A stretch of 64,000 nucleotides of DNA. It comes from an uncultured Actinomycetes bacterium. GTDB lineage: Bacteria > Actinomycetota > Thermoleophilia > UBA2241. Under the pieces are notes generated by a model. The model was not told the origin of the DNA. It worked only from the letters and a program-made list of their open reading frames with translations, and made no database searches. The position numbers were made by a program, and so were the translations under genes. The DNA lies in NCBI GenBank assembly GCA_963845355.1, contig CAWJRV010000005.1, positions 80,495 through 144,494 of the forward strand. The letters run 5' to 3'. Numbering within the stretch: the first letter of the stretch is position 1; each line of letters opens with the position of its first letter. Of the stretch, positions 10,832 to 22,263 are shown one piece after another.

Positions 10832-12325
10832 GTGCCCAGTTACACGCGCTACACGGCAGCGCCGGCGCCCGCCGCGCGCCAGAGCCTCTGGCTGCGCGTG
10901 CTCAAGTTGGCGGTGCTCGGTCTGGTCTGCTTTGCGGCTCTCACGGCCGGCGCGCTCACGGGCTTTCTTCAGCACACGGCCGCCCAGGTCGCCCGCAACG
11001 ATCCCCGGGAGGTGCAGGCCGCCAAATCGCAGCTCGTGGCGGCCGCGCCCGGCAAGCCGGTCGACATCCTCATCCTCGGCAGCGACCGGCGCGCCGGCCA
11101 GCCTTACCTGGGGGCGCGGTCCGACACATTGATCGTGGTGCGCCTCGATCCCCGCGTGGGCAGCATCTCGATGCTCTCGGTGCCCCGCGACCTGCTGGTC
11201 GACATCCCCGGATACGGTCAGAACAAGATCAACGCCGCCTACTCGTTCGGCGGCGCCAAGCTTTCGCTGCAGGTCGTCAAGCAGCTTCTGGGCGTGCCCA
11301 TCAACGACTTCATCGACATCAACTTCGACGGGTTCGAGCAGGTGATCAACCAGCTCGGCGGAGTGTACCTGCCGATCGATCACCGCTATTACAACAACAC
11401 GGCCGTGACCGACTACGCCTCGATCGACATCCAGCCCGGCTACCAGCGCCTGAGAGGTTCTCAGGCGCTCGACTGGGTGCGCTACCGTCACGATCAGAAC
11501 GGCGATTTCACGCGCATCGTGCGCCAGCAGCTGTTCCTGCGCGAGATGAAGCGTGAGCTGGCCGGCTCGGCGAAGCTGCAGAGCCTGCCGCAGTTCCTTG
11601 CCGTGATGAACGTCATCTCACACAACGTCACCTCCGACATCTCGAGCCTGGGAAAGCTCTACCAGCTCTTCACGCTGGCCCTGCAGCTGAACACGCACGA
11701 GATCTACCAGACCCACATCGACGGCTCGACGCCGACCATCGGCGGCATCTCGTATGTCACGGCGACGCCGCAGCAGGTGAGTGCGGCGGTCCAGCAGTTC
11801 CTGCATCCGCCCGTGGCGCCGCGCCGGGCGCCGGCCGGGCGGAGCGCGCCGACCGCAGCGACGGCGACGGGAGGCTCGAGCGCACGCACGCAGCCCGCCA
11901 AAGTGACCATTACCGACACTCCTTATCATGTGGCGCTCTGGCGCTCGCTGCAGAAAGCCGGCCGGCTGCCGCTCTTCATGCCGGCTCGCTTGCCGGCCGG
12001 CCTGGGTTACGACCAGTTCCGCGCCTACCGGGTGCCGACGGGGTCGGGCGAGGCAAGGGCCGCAGTGGTCGTCGGCACGACTCCTCTGGGGGGTTTCTGG
12101 GACGTCCAGGCGATCGCCTGGACGAACGCCCCGATCCTGGCGAGTCCCGACGCTACCGTGACGCGCGGTGGGCGCAGCTACGCGCTCTATTACGACGGCG
12201 CCCGGCTGCACATGGTCGCCTGGCAGGCCGGCAGCGTCGCCTACTGGGTCGTGAACACCCTCGATGATGAGCTCTCGAACGGCACGATGATGGCCCTCGC
12301 GACCTCCAGCGTGCGGGTGCCCTAG
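10832..12325 (+). CDS. LCP family (LytR-CpsA-Psr) cell-wall polymer ligase with LytR_C-like C-terminal extension
   Basis: N-terminal TM. LCP core DILILGSDRRAGQPYLGARSDTLIVVRLDP…SVPRDLLVDIPGYGQNKINAAYSFGG…INFDGFEQVINQLGGVYLP. About 200 aa of extra C-terminal sequence. Confidence 0.85.
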   Translation: MPSYTRYTAAPAPAARQSLWLRVLKLAVLGLVCFAALTAGALTGFLQHTAAQVARNDPREVQAAKSQLVAAAPGKPVDILILGSDRRAGQPYLGARSDTLIVVRLDPRVGSISMLSVPRDLLVDIPGYGQNKINAAYSFGGAKLSLQVVKQLLGVPINDFIDINFDGFEQVINQLGGVYLPIDHRYYNNTAVTDYASIDIQPGYQRLRGSQALDWVRYRHDQNGDFTRIVRQQLFLREMKRELAGSAKLQSLPQFLAVMNVISHNVTSDISSLGKLYQLFTLALQLNTHEIYQTHIDGSTPTIGGISYVTATPQQVSAAVQQFLHPPVAPRRAPAGRSAPTAATATGGSSARTQPAKVTITDTPYHVALWRSLQKAGRLPLFMPARLPAGLGYDQFRAYRVPTGSGEARAAVVVGTTPLGGFWDVQAIAWTNAPILASPDATVTRGGRSYALYYDGARLHMVAWQAGSVAYWVVNTLDDELSNGTMMALATSSVRVP

Positions 12326-12337
12326 AGAGAGCGCGTC

Positions 12338-14464
12338 GTGAGCACGGGCAGCACAGAAGACGGCGGCACGACACGGGGTGGCGCCACGGGCGGCGCCGCG
12401 ACGAAGCGCAACGGTTCGACCGGGGTGCGGCCGCGGCGGCGCCGGCGTCACCGCATCCGAAAGACGATCGGGCTCGTCGTGCTGGCGGTGGTCGTGCTTG
12501 CGCTGCTCATGGCCGTCGCGGCGGCCGGCGCCGTGGTGGGGGTCACGAAGGGTATGCCGTCGCTCGCGCGGCTTCAGAGTCGCACCGTCGCCCAGACGAC
12601 CGTCGTCTACGATCGCAACGGTGGCGTGATCGCCCAGCTCCACGGGGCCACAGACCGCCTTGTCGTTTCGTCGTCGCAGATCCCCCAGGCCCTGAAGGAC
12701 GCCACCGTGGCGACCGAAGACCGCCGCTTCTACCAGCACCACGGCGTCGACTTCGTCGGCATCGCCCGGGCTCTCGTCGCCGATCTGCTGGCCGGCCACC
12801 TCGTGCAGGGTGGCAGCACGATCACCGAGCAGTATGTGAAGAACGCCTACCTCGGCACGGAGACCGGCTTCGTGCGCAAGATCCGCGAGGCGGTCCTCGC
12901 CTGGGAGCTTGAGGATCGCTGGTCGAAGGACCGCATACTCACCGCCTATCTGAACACCGTCTACTACGGTTCCGGTGCCTACGGCGTCGAGGCCGCCGCC
13001 CAGACGTACTTCCACCGCAACGTCTGGCAGCTCACGCTGCCGCAGTGCGCCATGCTGGCGGGGCTGCCGCGCTCGCCGCTCGGCTACTCGCCGATCTACG
13101 ATCCCACCGACGCCCTGCAGCGCCGAGACCTCGTTCTGGCCCTGATGGGCAGCCAGGGCTACATCAGCGCGCGCCAGGCCGCGGCGGCCAGCCGGGCCAG
13201 GCTCGGCGTGTTCGACGCGCCGCCGCCCAGCCTGAAGGGCACGGCGGCCTACTTCGTGCAGTACGTCACCGACCAGCTCATCCGGCGCTACGGCGTGAAC
13301 CAGGCCCTGGAAGGCGGTCTCAAGGTCTACACGTCACTCGACCTGCGCATGCAGCGCGACGCCCTCGCGGCGCTCAAGAGCACGCTGCCCGCGGGGCCGG
13401 CCGGCGCGCTCGTCTCGATCGACCCGGCCAACGGCTACATCAGAGCTATGGTCGCCAGTACCGACTACCACACGACGCAGTTCGATCTCGCCTGGCAGGC
13501 CCACCGTCAGCTCGGCTCGGCGATGAAGCCGTTCGCCCTGGTGGCGGCAGTCGAGGAGGGCGCCAACCCGGCCACCACCTACTACGACTCGCAGCCGCTG
13601 CACATCTACCTCGGTCCGGGCGCGGTGCCGCCCTTCTGGAACGTCAGCACCTTCTCCAACACCTACGCCGGGCGCATCAACCTGGTGCAGGCCACCTGGC
13701 AGTCCGACAACACGGTCTACGCCCAGCTCGCCCTCGACCTGGGGGCGCGCAAGATCGTCGGCGTGGCCCATGCGATGGGCATCACGAGCCCGCTGCAGGC
13801 TTATCCCTCGATCGTCTTGGGCTCGGAGGTCGTCAACCCGCTGGAGGTCGCCGACGCCTACGCGACCTTCGCCGCCGAAGGCATCCGCCACGCCCCGCAG
13901 GGTCTGGTGAAGGTCGTCTTTCCCAACGGCCACGTCGACCGCATCGTCTCGCGCGGCCACAGGGTGATCCCGGCCGGCGTCGCCTACGTGGTCGACAAGA
14001 TCCTGGAGGGAAACACGCGCTTCGGCACGGCGGCGGCGATGCCCAACTACTACCGCGGCATCGCCGCCGGCAAGACCGGCACCACCACCAACTCGGCCGA
14101 CGCCTGGTTCTGCGGCTTTGACCCCAAGCTCGCCACCGCCGTGTGGATGGGCTACCCGCAAGCCGAGCTGCCGATGCCGGGCGTCCAGGGCGCGACCTAC
14201 TGCGTGCCCATCTGGGGCACCTACTACGAGATGGTCTTCGGCTCGCGGCCGATCGCCGACTTCGCCGTGCCGGCGGTCATGCCGGTCTTCAGGCCGTGGA
14301 CCGGCCATTACTCGGTGGCCAGCCCGTCGCCTACGCCGGTCGCCTCGAGTCCTTCACCCAGCGCCACCGCGCAGACGCCCAGGCCACGGCCCACGACGAC
14401 CCCCTCGACGACCCCGACGCCGACTCCTGCCGCCAGCCCCGCCGCAGCGCGCTCGCCGGCGTGA
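12338..14464 (+). CDS. Class A penicillin-binding protein (GT51 transglycosylase + transpeptidase)
   Basis: GT51 motifs EDRRFYQHHGVDF, GGSTITEQYVKN, RKIREAVLAWELE. A transpeptidase domain follows. Pro/Thr/Ser-rich tail. Confidence 0.9.
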   Translation: MSTGSTEDGGTTRGGATGGAATKRNGSTGVRPRRRRRHRIRKTIGLVVLAVVVLALLMAVAAAGAVVGVTKGMPSLARLQSRTVAQTTVVYDRNGGVIAQLHGATDRLVVSSSQIPQALKDATVATEDRRFYQHHGVDFVGIARALVADLLAGHLVQGGSTITEQYVKNAYLGTETGFVRKIREAVLAWELEDRWSKDRILTAYLNTVYYGSGAYGVEAAAQTYFHRNVWQLTLPQCAMLAGLPRSPLGYSPIYDPTDALQRRDLVLALMGSQGYISARQAAAASRARLGVFDAPPPSLKGTAAYFVQYVTDQLIRRYGVNQALEGGLKVYTSLDLRMQRDALAALKSTLPAGPAGALVSIDPANGYIRAMVASTDYHTTQFDLAWQAHRQLGSAMKPFALVAAVEEGANPATTYYDSQPLHIYLGPGAVPPFWNVSTFSNTYAGRINLVQATWQSDNTVYAQLALDLGARKIVGVAHAMGITSPLQAYPSIVLGSEVVNPLEVADAYATFAAEGIRHAPQGLVKVVFPNGHVDRIVSRGHRVIPAGVAYVVDKILEGNTRFGTAAAMPNYYRGIAAGKTGTTTNSADAWFCGFDPKLATAVWMGYPQAELPMPGVQGATYCVPIWGTYYEMVFGSRPIADFAVPAVMPVFRPWTGHYSVASPSPTPVASSPSPSATAQTPRPRPTTTPSTTPTPTPAASPAAARSPA

Positions 14465-14504
14465 AGCGGACAATCGCCGCAGCGCGCTCGCCGGCGTGAG
14501 GAGC
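14440..14504. repeat. Tandem duplication of a 25-bp unit (cgccgcagcgcgctcgccggcgtga), 10 bp apart, spanning the PBP stop codon
   Basis: Exact direct repeat read from the sequence at the 3' end of the PBP gene. Confidence 0.7.
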
Positions 14505-14583
14505 GCCGCGGCGTTCGCAAGGAGGCCGCCCCATCGTCGGGGCGAGTCGCCGGCCCGCCCGGTTAAGGCTCGTCGGAGCGCCC

Positions 14584-14600
14584 GGTTAAGGCTTGTTAAG
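14584..14600. promoter_or_regulatory. GGTTAAGgcTTGTTAAG element, plus an extra GGTTAAG half-site at 14561..14567, about 75-110 bp upstream of the sigma factor start
   Basis: Same AT-rich direct repeat as at 5608..5627. Confidence 0.4.
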
Positions 14601-14673
14601 AGCCGCCGGGCGAGGCGGGGAAGGCTGCTATCGTGTCGAATCGACTTTGACGAGGGCAAGAGAGGAGATGCGC

Positions 14674-15570
<897 letters not shown>

Positions 15571-15743
15571 CGAGCTCGCCCTTCGGTGCCGGTGGCTTCA
15601 AGTTCTGGTTTCGCGCGTCCTTCACTCAACCTCCTAGAGTCTTCGTCCGGTATTCCCACCTGCGTGCCGTTTGACGACCTTGTCCGGCGGCATACGATGA
15701 GATGGTCGTCGTCCGCTCTTGAAGGCCCGAAAGGAGCCGAAGC

Positions 15744-15974
15744 ATGAACCTCGGCCGCGTGCTGATCGCCGCCTTCATGGTGGCGATCTTCCTTGGCCCC
15801 AGGCGCTGGATGACCTGGGCGTCCGGGTTGCGCGAGAGGGTCCGGGTGGTCAGGGCGGTGCTGCGCGCGCGCCGCGCGCCGGGCGCCGGCGGAACCCTGC
15901 CGGGCCCCAGCGAGCCGCCGCCAACCCCCGATGAGCCGCCGCCAGGCGCCGACGCACCCATGCCGGGGGGCTAG
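15744..15974 (+). CDS. Hypothetical small single-pass membrane protein
   Basis: AAAGGAG RBS 7 nt upstream of the ATG. One hydrophobic helix, VLIAAFMVAIFLG. 76 aa. Placed convergently against the permease operon. Confidence 0.3.
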   Translation: MNLGRVLIAAFMVAIFLGPRRWMTWASGLRERVRVVRAVLRARRAPGAGGTLPGPSEPPPTPDEPPPGADAPMPGG

Positions 15975-17422
15975 AGCCTGGGGTCGCGCTCGCGCCGCCG
16001 CTCTTCGCCTTCCATGCCGTACGGCTCGGTCGGCGCCCCTTCATTCAAGACGAAGCCGCCCAGCGGCACAGCGACGTCGGCGGCCAGGAGCGGCTGCGCG
16101 GCGTAGGTGTCGTAGCCGGCGGTGTCCTCGCGGCTGCGCAGACGGGGGTCGAGGATCTCGTCGAAGGCCGTGCCCATGAAGGTGAAGGCCAGCACGACGA
16201 AGACGATGGCGATGCCCGGCGGCAGGATGTACCACCAGGCCGGCAGGGTGGCGGCGCCCGAGGACCAGGCGTTGTGCAGCATGGTGCCCCAGCTGAAATT
16301 CAGCGGGTCGCCCAGCCCCAGGAACGAGAGCTCGGTCTCGGCGGTGATCGCTTCGGCCACCACCAGGATGGTGTTGGCGAAGATCAGCGGGAAGACGTTG
16401 GGCAGTACGTGCTTGTTCATGATGTGCAGGTCGCTCGAGCCGATGGCCTTGGCGCGCTCTATGAAGGGCAGCTCGCGCACGCGCAGGGCATCGGCGCGCA
16501 CCACGCGGGCGGTGCCCGGCCAGCTCGTCACCCCGATGATGACGATCACGATGACGTAGTTGTGGCCGAAGGCCGCCGCCAGGACCATGGCGAAGGGCAG
16601 CCAGGGGATCACGAGGAAGGCGTCGGTGATGCGCATGAAGACCTCGCCCGGCCAGCCGCCGAAATAGCCGGCGCCGATACCGATGCTCGCGCCGAGAACG
16701 GTCGACACGACCGTCGCCATGAGGCCCACCACGAGCGAGATACGGGCGCTCCAGATGAACTCGGCCAGGATCGAGCGCCCCATCTCGTCGGTGCCCATGA
16801 GGTGGTAGTAGGCCGGCTTTGGCGGCTGGAAGGGTCTGCCGATCCCGGCGCCGGGGGCCAGCAGGGCGTGGTTTGCAAGGAACGGCGCGAGCAGCGCGAT
16901 CGCCACGAACGCCACGATGATCCACAGGCCGATCATGCCCTGGCGGTTCGAGCGGTAGAGCCGCCAGGTGCGGCGCGTATTACGCACGACGAGCTCGGCG
17001 CGCTCGGGGTGCGACTGCGCCCACATCCACACACAGGCCGCGGCCAGGACCACCACCACGGTCTGGCACAGCCAGGTGTAGTAGCCGGTACGGTTGCTGA
17101 GGCTGAACCCACCCGGGCTGAGAAGGCCGCCGTTCACGAGCCCCCAGACGACGAGCGCAAGACCGGTCGCCATCAGGGTGAGGGGGTAGCCGCGCGAGGC
17201 GGCGCGGCCGAACAGGAGCGCCAGACCCCAGGCCACGACCGCGAGGCCGGCGAGGAGCAGGAACGGTGGCGGGTAATTGCCGATCGACGGCGAGAAGAAG
17301 CCCTTGACGATCGCCACGAGGCCGCTCGACAGCGGGATGGTCTTTGGGTACTTGATGAGCGTGACGGCCAGCCAGACGACCGGCGTCCAGGCGACGATCC
17401 AGCGCTTCAGGCGGCGCGGCAT
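15971..17422 (-). CDS. ABC peptide/nickel transporter permease, DppC/OppC-like, with N-terminal membrane extension
   Basis: BPD_transp_1 core with the EAA-like loop …ERAKAIGSSDLHIMNKHVLPN… and a DppC-type C terminus. Confidence 0.85.
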   Translation of the reverse strand: MPRRLKRWIVAWTPVVWLAVTLIKYPKTIPLSSGLVAIVKGFFSPSIGNYPPPFLLLAGLAVVAWGLALLFGRAASRGYPLTLMATGLALVVWGLVNGGLLSPGGFSLSNRTGYYTWLCQTVVVVLAAACVWMWAQSHPERAELVVRNTRRTWRLYRSNRQGMIGLWIIVAFVAIALLAPFLANHALLAPGAGIGRPFQPPKPAYYHLMGTDEMGRSILAEFIWSARISLVVGLMATVVSTVLGASIGIGAGYFGGWPGEVFMRITDAFLVIPWLPFAMVLAAAFGHNYVIVIVIIGVTSWPGTARVVRADALRVRELPFIERAKAIGSSDLHIMNKHVLPNVFPLIFANTILVVAEAITAETELSFLGLGDPLNFSWGTMLHNAWSSGAATLPAWWYILPPGIAIVFVVLAFTFMGTAFDEILDPRLRSREDTAGYDTYAAQPLLAADVAVPLGGFVLNEGAPTEPYGMEGEERRRERDPRL

Positions 17423-18411
17423 CAGGCGTTCACCCGCGGGTCGATGTAGTACATCATGATGTCGGCGATCAGGTTGGCGACGATCACGGCCACGCTGCCC
17501 AGCAGAAAGACGGCCTGCATCACGGGGTAGTCGTGAGCGTCCATCGACTGGTACGAGAGTAGTCCGATCCCCGGCCAGTTGAAGACGCTCTCAATGAGGA
17601 TCGCGCCCGAGACGATGAACCCCAGGTTCATCATGACGAGGCTCACCGTGGGCAGCATGGCGTTGGGCACGACGTGGTGCCAAAGCACGTTATTGCTGCT
17701 CAGGCCCTTCGCCTGCGCCGTGAGGACGTAGTCTTCTTTCATCACGCCGGTGAGCGAGCTGCGCATGATCAGGTGGTACTCGCCGTAGTAGCCCAGGGCG
17801 AACATGATGACCGGCAGCGTGATGTGGTAGAGCAGGGTCTCCAGGGTGGTGAAGTCGAGCGGGATCGGGCCCCACATCGCGAAGTGTGCCATGGGGGTCG
17901 ACTCGCGGCCTACCGGAAACCAGCCCAGCGCGACCGAGAAGAACATGATCGCCAGCAGGCACTGCCAGAAGGTTGGCATGGCGTACATGACCATGCTCAC
18001 GTCGGTGCTCGCGGTGTCGAAGGGCTTGCCGCGCTTCCAGCCGGCGATCACGCCTTCGACCATGCCGATGACGGTCGCCAGCAGCGTGCCGAGGCCGCAG
18101 AGGATGATCGTCGGCCAGATGCGTTGGGCGACGATCTGGGTCACCGGCACCTTGAACGCGAACGAGTAGCCGAACCTGAGCCGGGCTGTGTCGGACCAGT
18201 AGTAGATGAACTGCTCCCACTTGGGCACGTTCAGGTGGAACGCCGCCTCCTGCTGGGCGATCGCGGCGGCGGAGACCTTGCCCTTGGGCAGCAGGAGCCT
18301 CGCCGGATTGCCCGGCATGATGCGGAACAGGAAGAAGTTGAACGAGGCGACGAGGACGATCGTCAGCAAGGCGTTGGCGATCTTGCGGATGAAGTAGGCG
18401 CGCTTGTTCAC
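17422..18411 (-). CDS. ABC peptide transporter permease, DppB/OppB-like
   Basis: N-terminal YFIRKIANALLTIVLVASFNFFLFRIMPG. EAA motif region LTAQAKGLSSNNVLWHHVVPNA. C-terminal MMYYIDPRV. Confidence 0.9.
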   Translation of the reverse strand: MNKRAYFIRKIANALLTIVLVASFNFFLFRIMPGNPARLLLPKGKVSAAAIAQQEAAFHLNVPKWEQFIYYWSDTARLRFGYSFAFKVPVTQIVAQRIWPTIILCGLGTLLATVIGMVEGVIAGWKRGKPFDTASTDVSMVMYAMPTFWQCLLAIMFFSVALGWFPVGRESTPMAHFAMWGPIPLDFTTLETLLYHITLPVIMFALGYYGEYHLIMRSSLTGVMKEDYVLTAQAKGLSSNNVLWHHVVPNAMLPTVSLVMMNLGFIVSGAILIESVFNWPGIGLLSYQSMDAHDYPVMQAVFLLGSVAVIVANLIADIMMYYIDPRVNA

Positions 18412-18542
18412 GGCTCAGACGGCGACGCGGCGCGTGACATGGCGGCGGCGGGCCTGCGTCGCCGCCCTTCGCCGCAATACGTATGCCAAAGCCCATCTCG
18501 TCTCGTCCCCCCTCCCGGGCCAACATATAGGAGGCCTTTGCG

Positions 18543-18598
18543 GTGGCAAGCTTGGCATGAAGCGTCTGCGGCGGGTGGCAAGCCTGGAATGAAGACGC
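18543..18598. promoter_or_regulatory. Direct repeat GGTGGCAAGCyTGGmATGAAG, two copies 32 bp apart, in the divergent permease/SBP intergenic region
   Basis: Read directly from the sequence. Candidate operator sites. Confidence 0.3.
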
Positions 18599-18758
18599 GC
18601 AGGGGCCCGTGACCGGTGGCGGGTCCGGCGCCGGCGACGTCTGTCGACGCAATGAGCGTATAGAATCGCCTCGAGTCGGGGAGCGGCGGGGCGCGACGAA
18701 GACAGGGCGGAGGCGGCGGCGGTGGCCGCGCGACGCCGACCGAGCACGGGGGGCACTG

Positions 18759-20611
18759 ATGAGACGCACACGCATGTCGTGGCGTCGAGCGGTCCTGCTG
18801 GCGACGACGGTGATCCTCGTGGCCGGTCTCGCTGTGGGGTATCACTCGGCCCTCGCTTCGAGCGCCAGCCCGTCGCCGACCAGCGGCAAGGTCATCCTCC
18901 GGCTCGGCTGGACGGCCGGCCCGGACAACCTCAACCCGTTCATCGGCTCGAACTCGCAGGCGTTCACCGTCTGGTACATGAACTACGACACGCTCGTGGG
19001 TCTGAACACCACCGACGTGGCGCCAAACAAAACGACGGGGCTCGCCACCGACTGGACGACCAGCGCCCGACGGCAAGACCTGGACCTTCACCATCCGCAA
19101 GGACGCCAAGTGGCAGGACGGCCTGCCGCTGACCGCCGCCGACGTCGCCTGGACGTACAACTACATCGTCAAGAACAACATCGCCAACTGGACGAGCTAC
19201 ACGACGAACATCGTGCAAAGCGACGGCGCTCGACGCCTATACGGTGCGCATCGACTGCTCCGTCGCCTCAGCCGGCCCTGCTCGCCAACGTGGCCGAGGT
19301 GCCCATCCTGCCCGAGCACATCTGGGCGAAGATCCCGGCCAAGACGGCCATCCACACCTTCCCGAACACGCCGCCGATCATCGGCAGCGGGCCGTTCCAG
19401 TGCGTCCAGTGGAAGAAGTCGAACTACCTCGTGATGCAGGCCAACAAGAGCTACTGGCGCGGCGCCCCGCACGTCGACGACGATCGTCTTCGAGGAGTAC
19501 ACCAACGCCGACACAATGGGCGAGGACATGAAGTCGGGCGCCATCGACGGCTGCACCGGCCTGCTCCAGGCGCAGATGCAGATGCTCGTCGCACATGCCC
19601 GGCGTTGAAGTCAGGCCGGTGTACGTCAACGGCTACGACGAGCTCGGCTTCAACTGCTACACCGGCGGTCCGTCGCTGGGCAACCCCGTCCTCAAGGACT
19701 GGCGGTTCCGCCAGGCGCTGCAGTGGGCGGTCGACAAGAACAAGCTCTGCGCGATCGCCTACGGCGGCATGGCCAAGCCGGCCGACACGATCATCACCGC
19801 CAACTACTACCGCAACCCCGACTGGCACTGGACGCCGCCGGCCGACCAGGCCTACAGCTTCAACCTGGCCAAGGCCTCGCAGATGCTGACCGCCGCCGGC
19901 TACAAGCTGGTCAACGGCGTGCGCCTGAACAAGCAGGGCAAGCCGATCTCGCTGCGGCTCTACGCCCGCAGCAGCTACCAGCAGAGCATCACTTGCGGCG
20001 AGTTCATCACCGGCTGGTTCCGCCAGCTCGGCCTCAAGGTCACCCTCTCGACGCTCGACGACGGCGCGCTCGAGAGCGACCTGTACAACACGGTCAAGGG
20101 CGTCTTCACGCCCAACTACGACATGTACGAGTGGGGCTGGTACAACGACGTCGATCCCGGCCCGTCCTCAGCCTACTTCACGACCGCGCAGATCAACAAC
20201 GAGAGCGACTGCGCCTGGTCGGATCCGCTCTACGACGCCACCTACAAGGCGCAGTCGACCGAGATGGACCTCGCCAAGCGGCTGCAGCTCGTCTACAAGT
20301 GCCAGCAGATCATCTACCAGCAGTCGCCCTATATCCCGCTGGCCTACTCCGACGACACCGAGGCCTGGAACACCTCGCGGTGGACCGGCTGGGTGCAGAT
20401 GCCCGCCAACGTGGGCAACGTCGTCGTGCCGCCGTACGGTTATGAGACATACTTCTCCGTCAGGCCCAAGACGGGCAGCGGCGGGACCCCGGCGGGCCTG
20501 ATCGGGGTGCTCGTCGTCGCCGGCATAGTGGTGGTCGCGGTCGTGGGCGGCGGGCTCTATACGCTCATCAAGCGGCGCACGCGCGCGTCCGACGTGCCGC
20601 TCGAGGAGTGA
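18759..20611 (+). pseudogene. Family-5 solute-binding protein (DppA/OppA-like) with C-terminal TM anchor, disrupted by at least four frameshifts
   Basis: Signal peptide + VILRLGWTAGPDNLNPFIGSNSQAFTVWYMNYDTLVG. The reading frame jumps near 19065, 19215, 19490 and 19600. The C-terminal 338 aa is intact and ends in a TM helix (LIGVLVVAGIVVVAVVGGGLY). Confidence 0.75.
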
Positions 20612-20798
20612 GCCGCGGAGCACGCGGGCGGGCGGAGCGGGTCACGGTCGGTCGCTTGCTGATGAAGCGCAAACGCGGCGGTGCTACTATGAGCTACGGT
20701 GAAACCGTCCGTCACGGTCGATCACGCCGAAAGCCGTCGCGGTGAATCACTCTGAACGTCCGTTGCGCGCAAGCGCGAGGTCCGATTGGGGGCACTGT

Positions 20799-22185
20799 AT
20801 GAAGCGGTTTCTGTTGGGACTCTCGTGTACCGCGCTGGTCGTGGCGGGGGCGGCCGTCTGGGCGGGCGCGGCGGCGGCCGCGACCAGACCGGCCACCCAC
20901 ACCGACCCGCTCGTGACCACGCTTCCGGCCGCGGGCGTGCGCCCGGCTCTCGGCGACCGTCCGTTCCACGGCACGACGGTCACCTCGTCTAACTGGTCGG
21001 GCTACGACGACTCGACCGACGGTCCGTTCACCACGGTCACGGCCACCTGGGTTCAGCCGCGCGTGCGCACGACCGGCGCGACCTTCTCCGATGCCGCCTT
21101 CTGGGTGGGCCTCGACGGCGACAACTCCGACACGGTCGAGCAGATCGGCACCGAAGGCTATAGCGAGGGCGTCGCCGGCTACGACGCCTGGTATGAGATG
21201 TATCCGCTCTACCCGGTGACCATCGACATGGCCGATCCACGCCGGCGACGTGCTCACCGGCACCGTCACCTTCGCCGCGCCGGCGAGCCTTCACGCTGAC
21301 CCTCGTCAACCACACGAGGGGTAAGTCGTACACCGACCGGACAGATCATGGGCATCCCGCCCGCAGCTCGCGTCGGCCGAGGCGATCGCCGAGGCGCCGA
21401 TCGCGACAGCAGCGGCGACGTCGTGGCGTCGTCCGACTTCGGCATCGTCAGGTTCAGCGGTTGCACGTTCGACAACCAGCCGATCGGCACCTTCGACTGG
21501 AACCAGCATCGACATGACCTCCGAGTACAGCGGCGGCCTCGTGGCGCAGACCTCGGCACTCGGCGCCGACGGCGACGAGCTTCAGCGGTGACGACCGACG
21601 TGACACCGACCGACACGACGGTGCTCGGGCGCCGGCTCGGCTGGCACGACAAGGCGGTGAGGCTGCACCTCCGGGCCATCGACAACCGCGGTGGTCTGGG
21701 CGTGGCCTACACGCGAGTACTCGCTCGACGACGGCGCGACCTGGGCGAACGGGCGACCGCGTCACGGTGCCCGCCCCGGCCGATCACAGCGCCGACGGCG
21801 TCGACAAAGTCGTCTATCGCTCGGCCGACAAGGCGGGCAACATCGAAGCAAAGCGCGTCAGCCGTGCTCATCGACACGCGCCGGCCACGCCCGTCGCCAA
21901 ATGGCCGGCGTCCGCCGTCGCGGCGCTCGCACCGCCTTGCGCTTCTACGTGGCGACCCGCGCCCGGGCAGCCCCACGGCGACCGTCACGATCCGCATCCA
22001 CAACGCCCACGGCGCGCTCGTCAAGAAGGTCGTGCTGCCCGGCGGTCAGGGTCGACACCGTCGGTGGACTACGACTTCACCTGCTGGCTGCCCAAGGGCG
22101 CCTACAGGTTCGCCGTCGCCGCCACCGACGCGGCCGGCAACGCGCGCAGACGGCGCGGCCGCCAACACGCTGGTGGTGCGCTGAT
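20799..22185 (+). pseudogene. Peptidase-G1 (eqolisin/scytalidoglutamic peptidase)-like secreted protein with Ig-like C-terminal module, multiply frameshifted paralog of 41045..42610
   Basis: Signal peptide. SNWSGY, AAFWVGLDGD, VEQIGTEGY and YDAWYEMYP motifs. Downstream pieces in three frames: GVAYTEYSLDDGATW…DHSADG…YRSADKAGN…DPRPGSPTATVTIRIHNAHGALVKKVV…ATDAAGN. Confidence 0.7.
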
Positions 22186-22263
22186 GCGCCGCCGCACCGA
22201 GGGCGTCCGGCGAAATCGTCGACGCCGTTCTGAGTCCCGGTTCCGTCGTAAGGGGGTCTGCAC

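Noticed and set aside
12338-14464. Second alternative-frame ORF (13045..14121) inside the PBP gene
   Set aside because: The GT51/transpeptidase motifs are all in the 12338 frame. The alternative frame has no domain.
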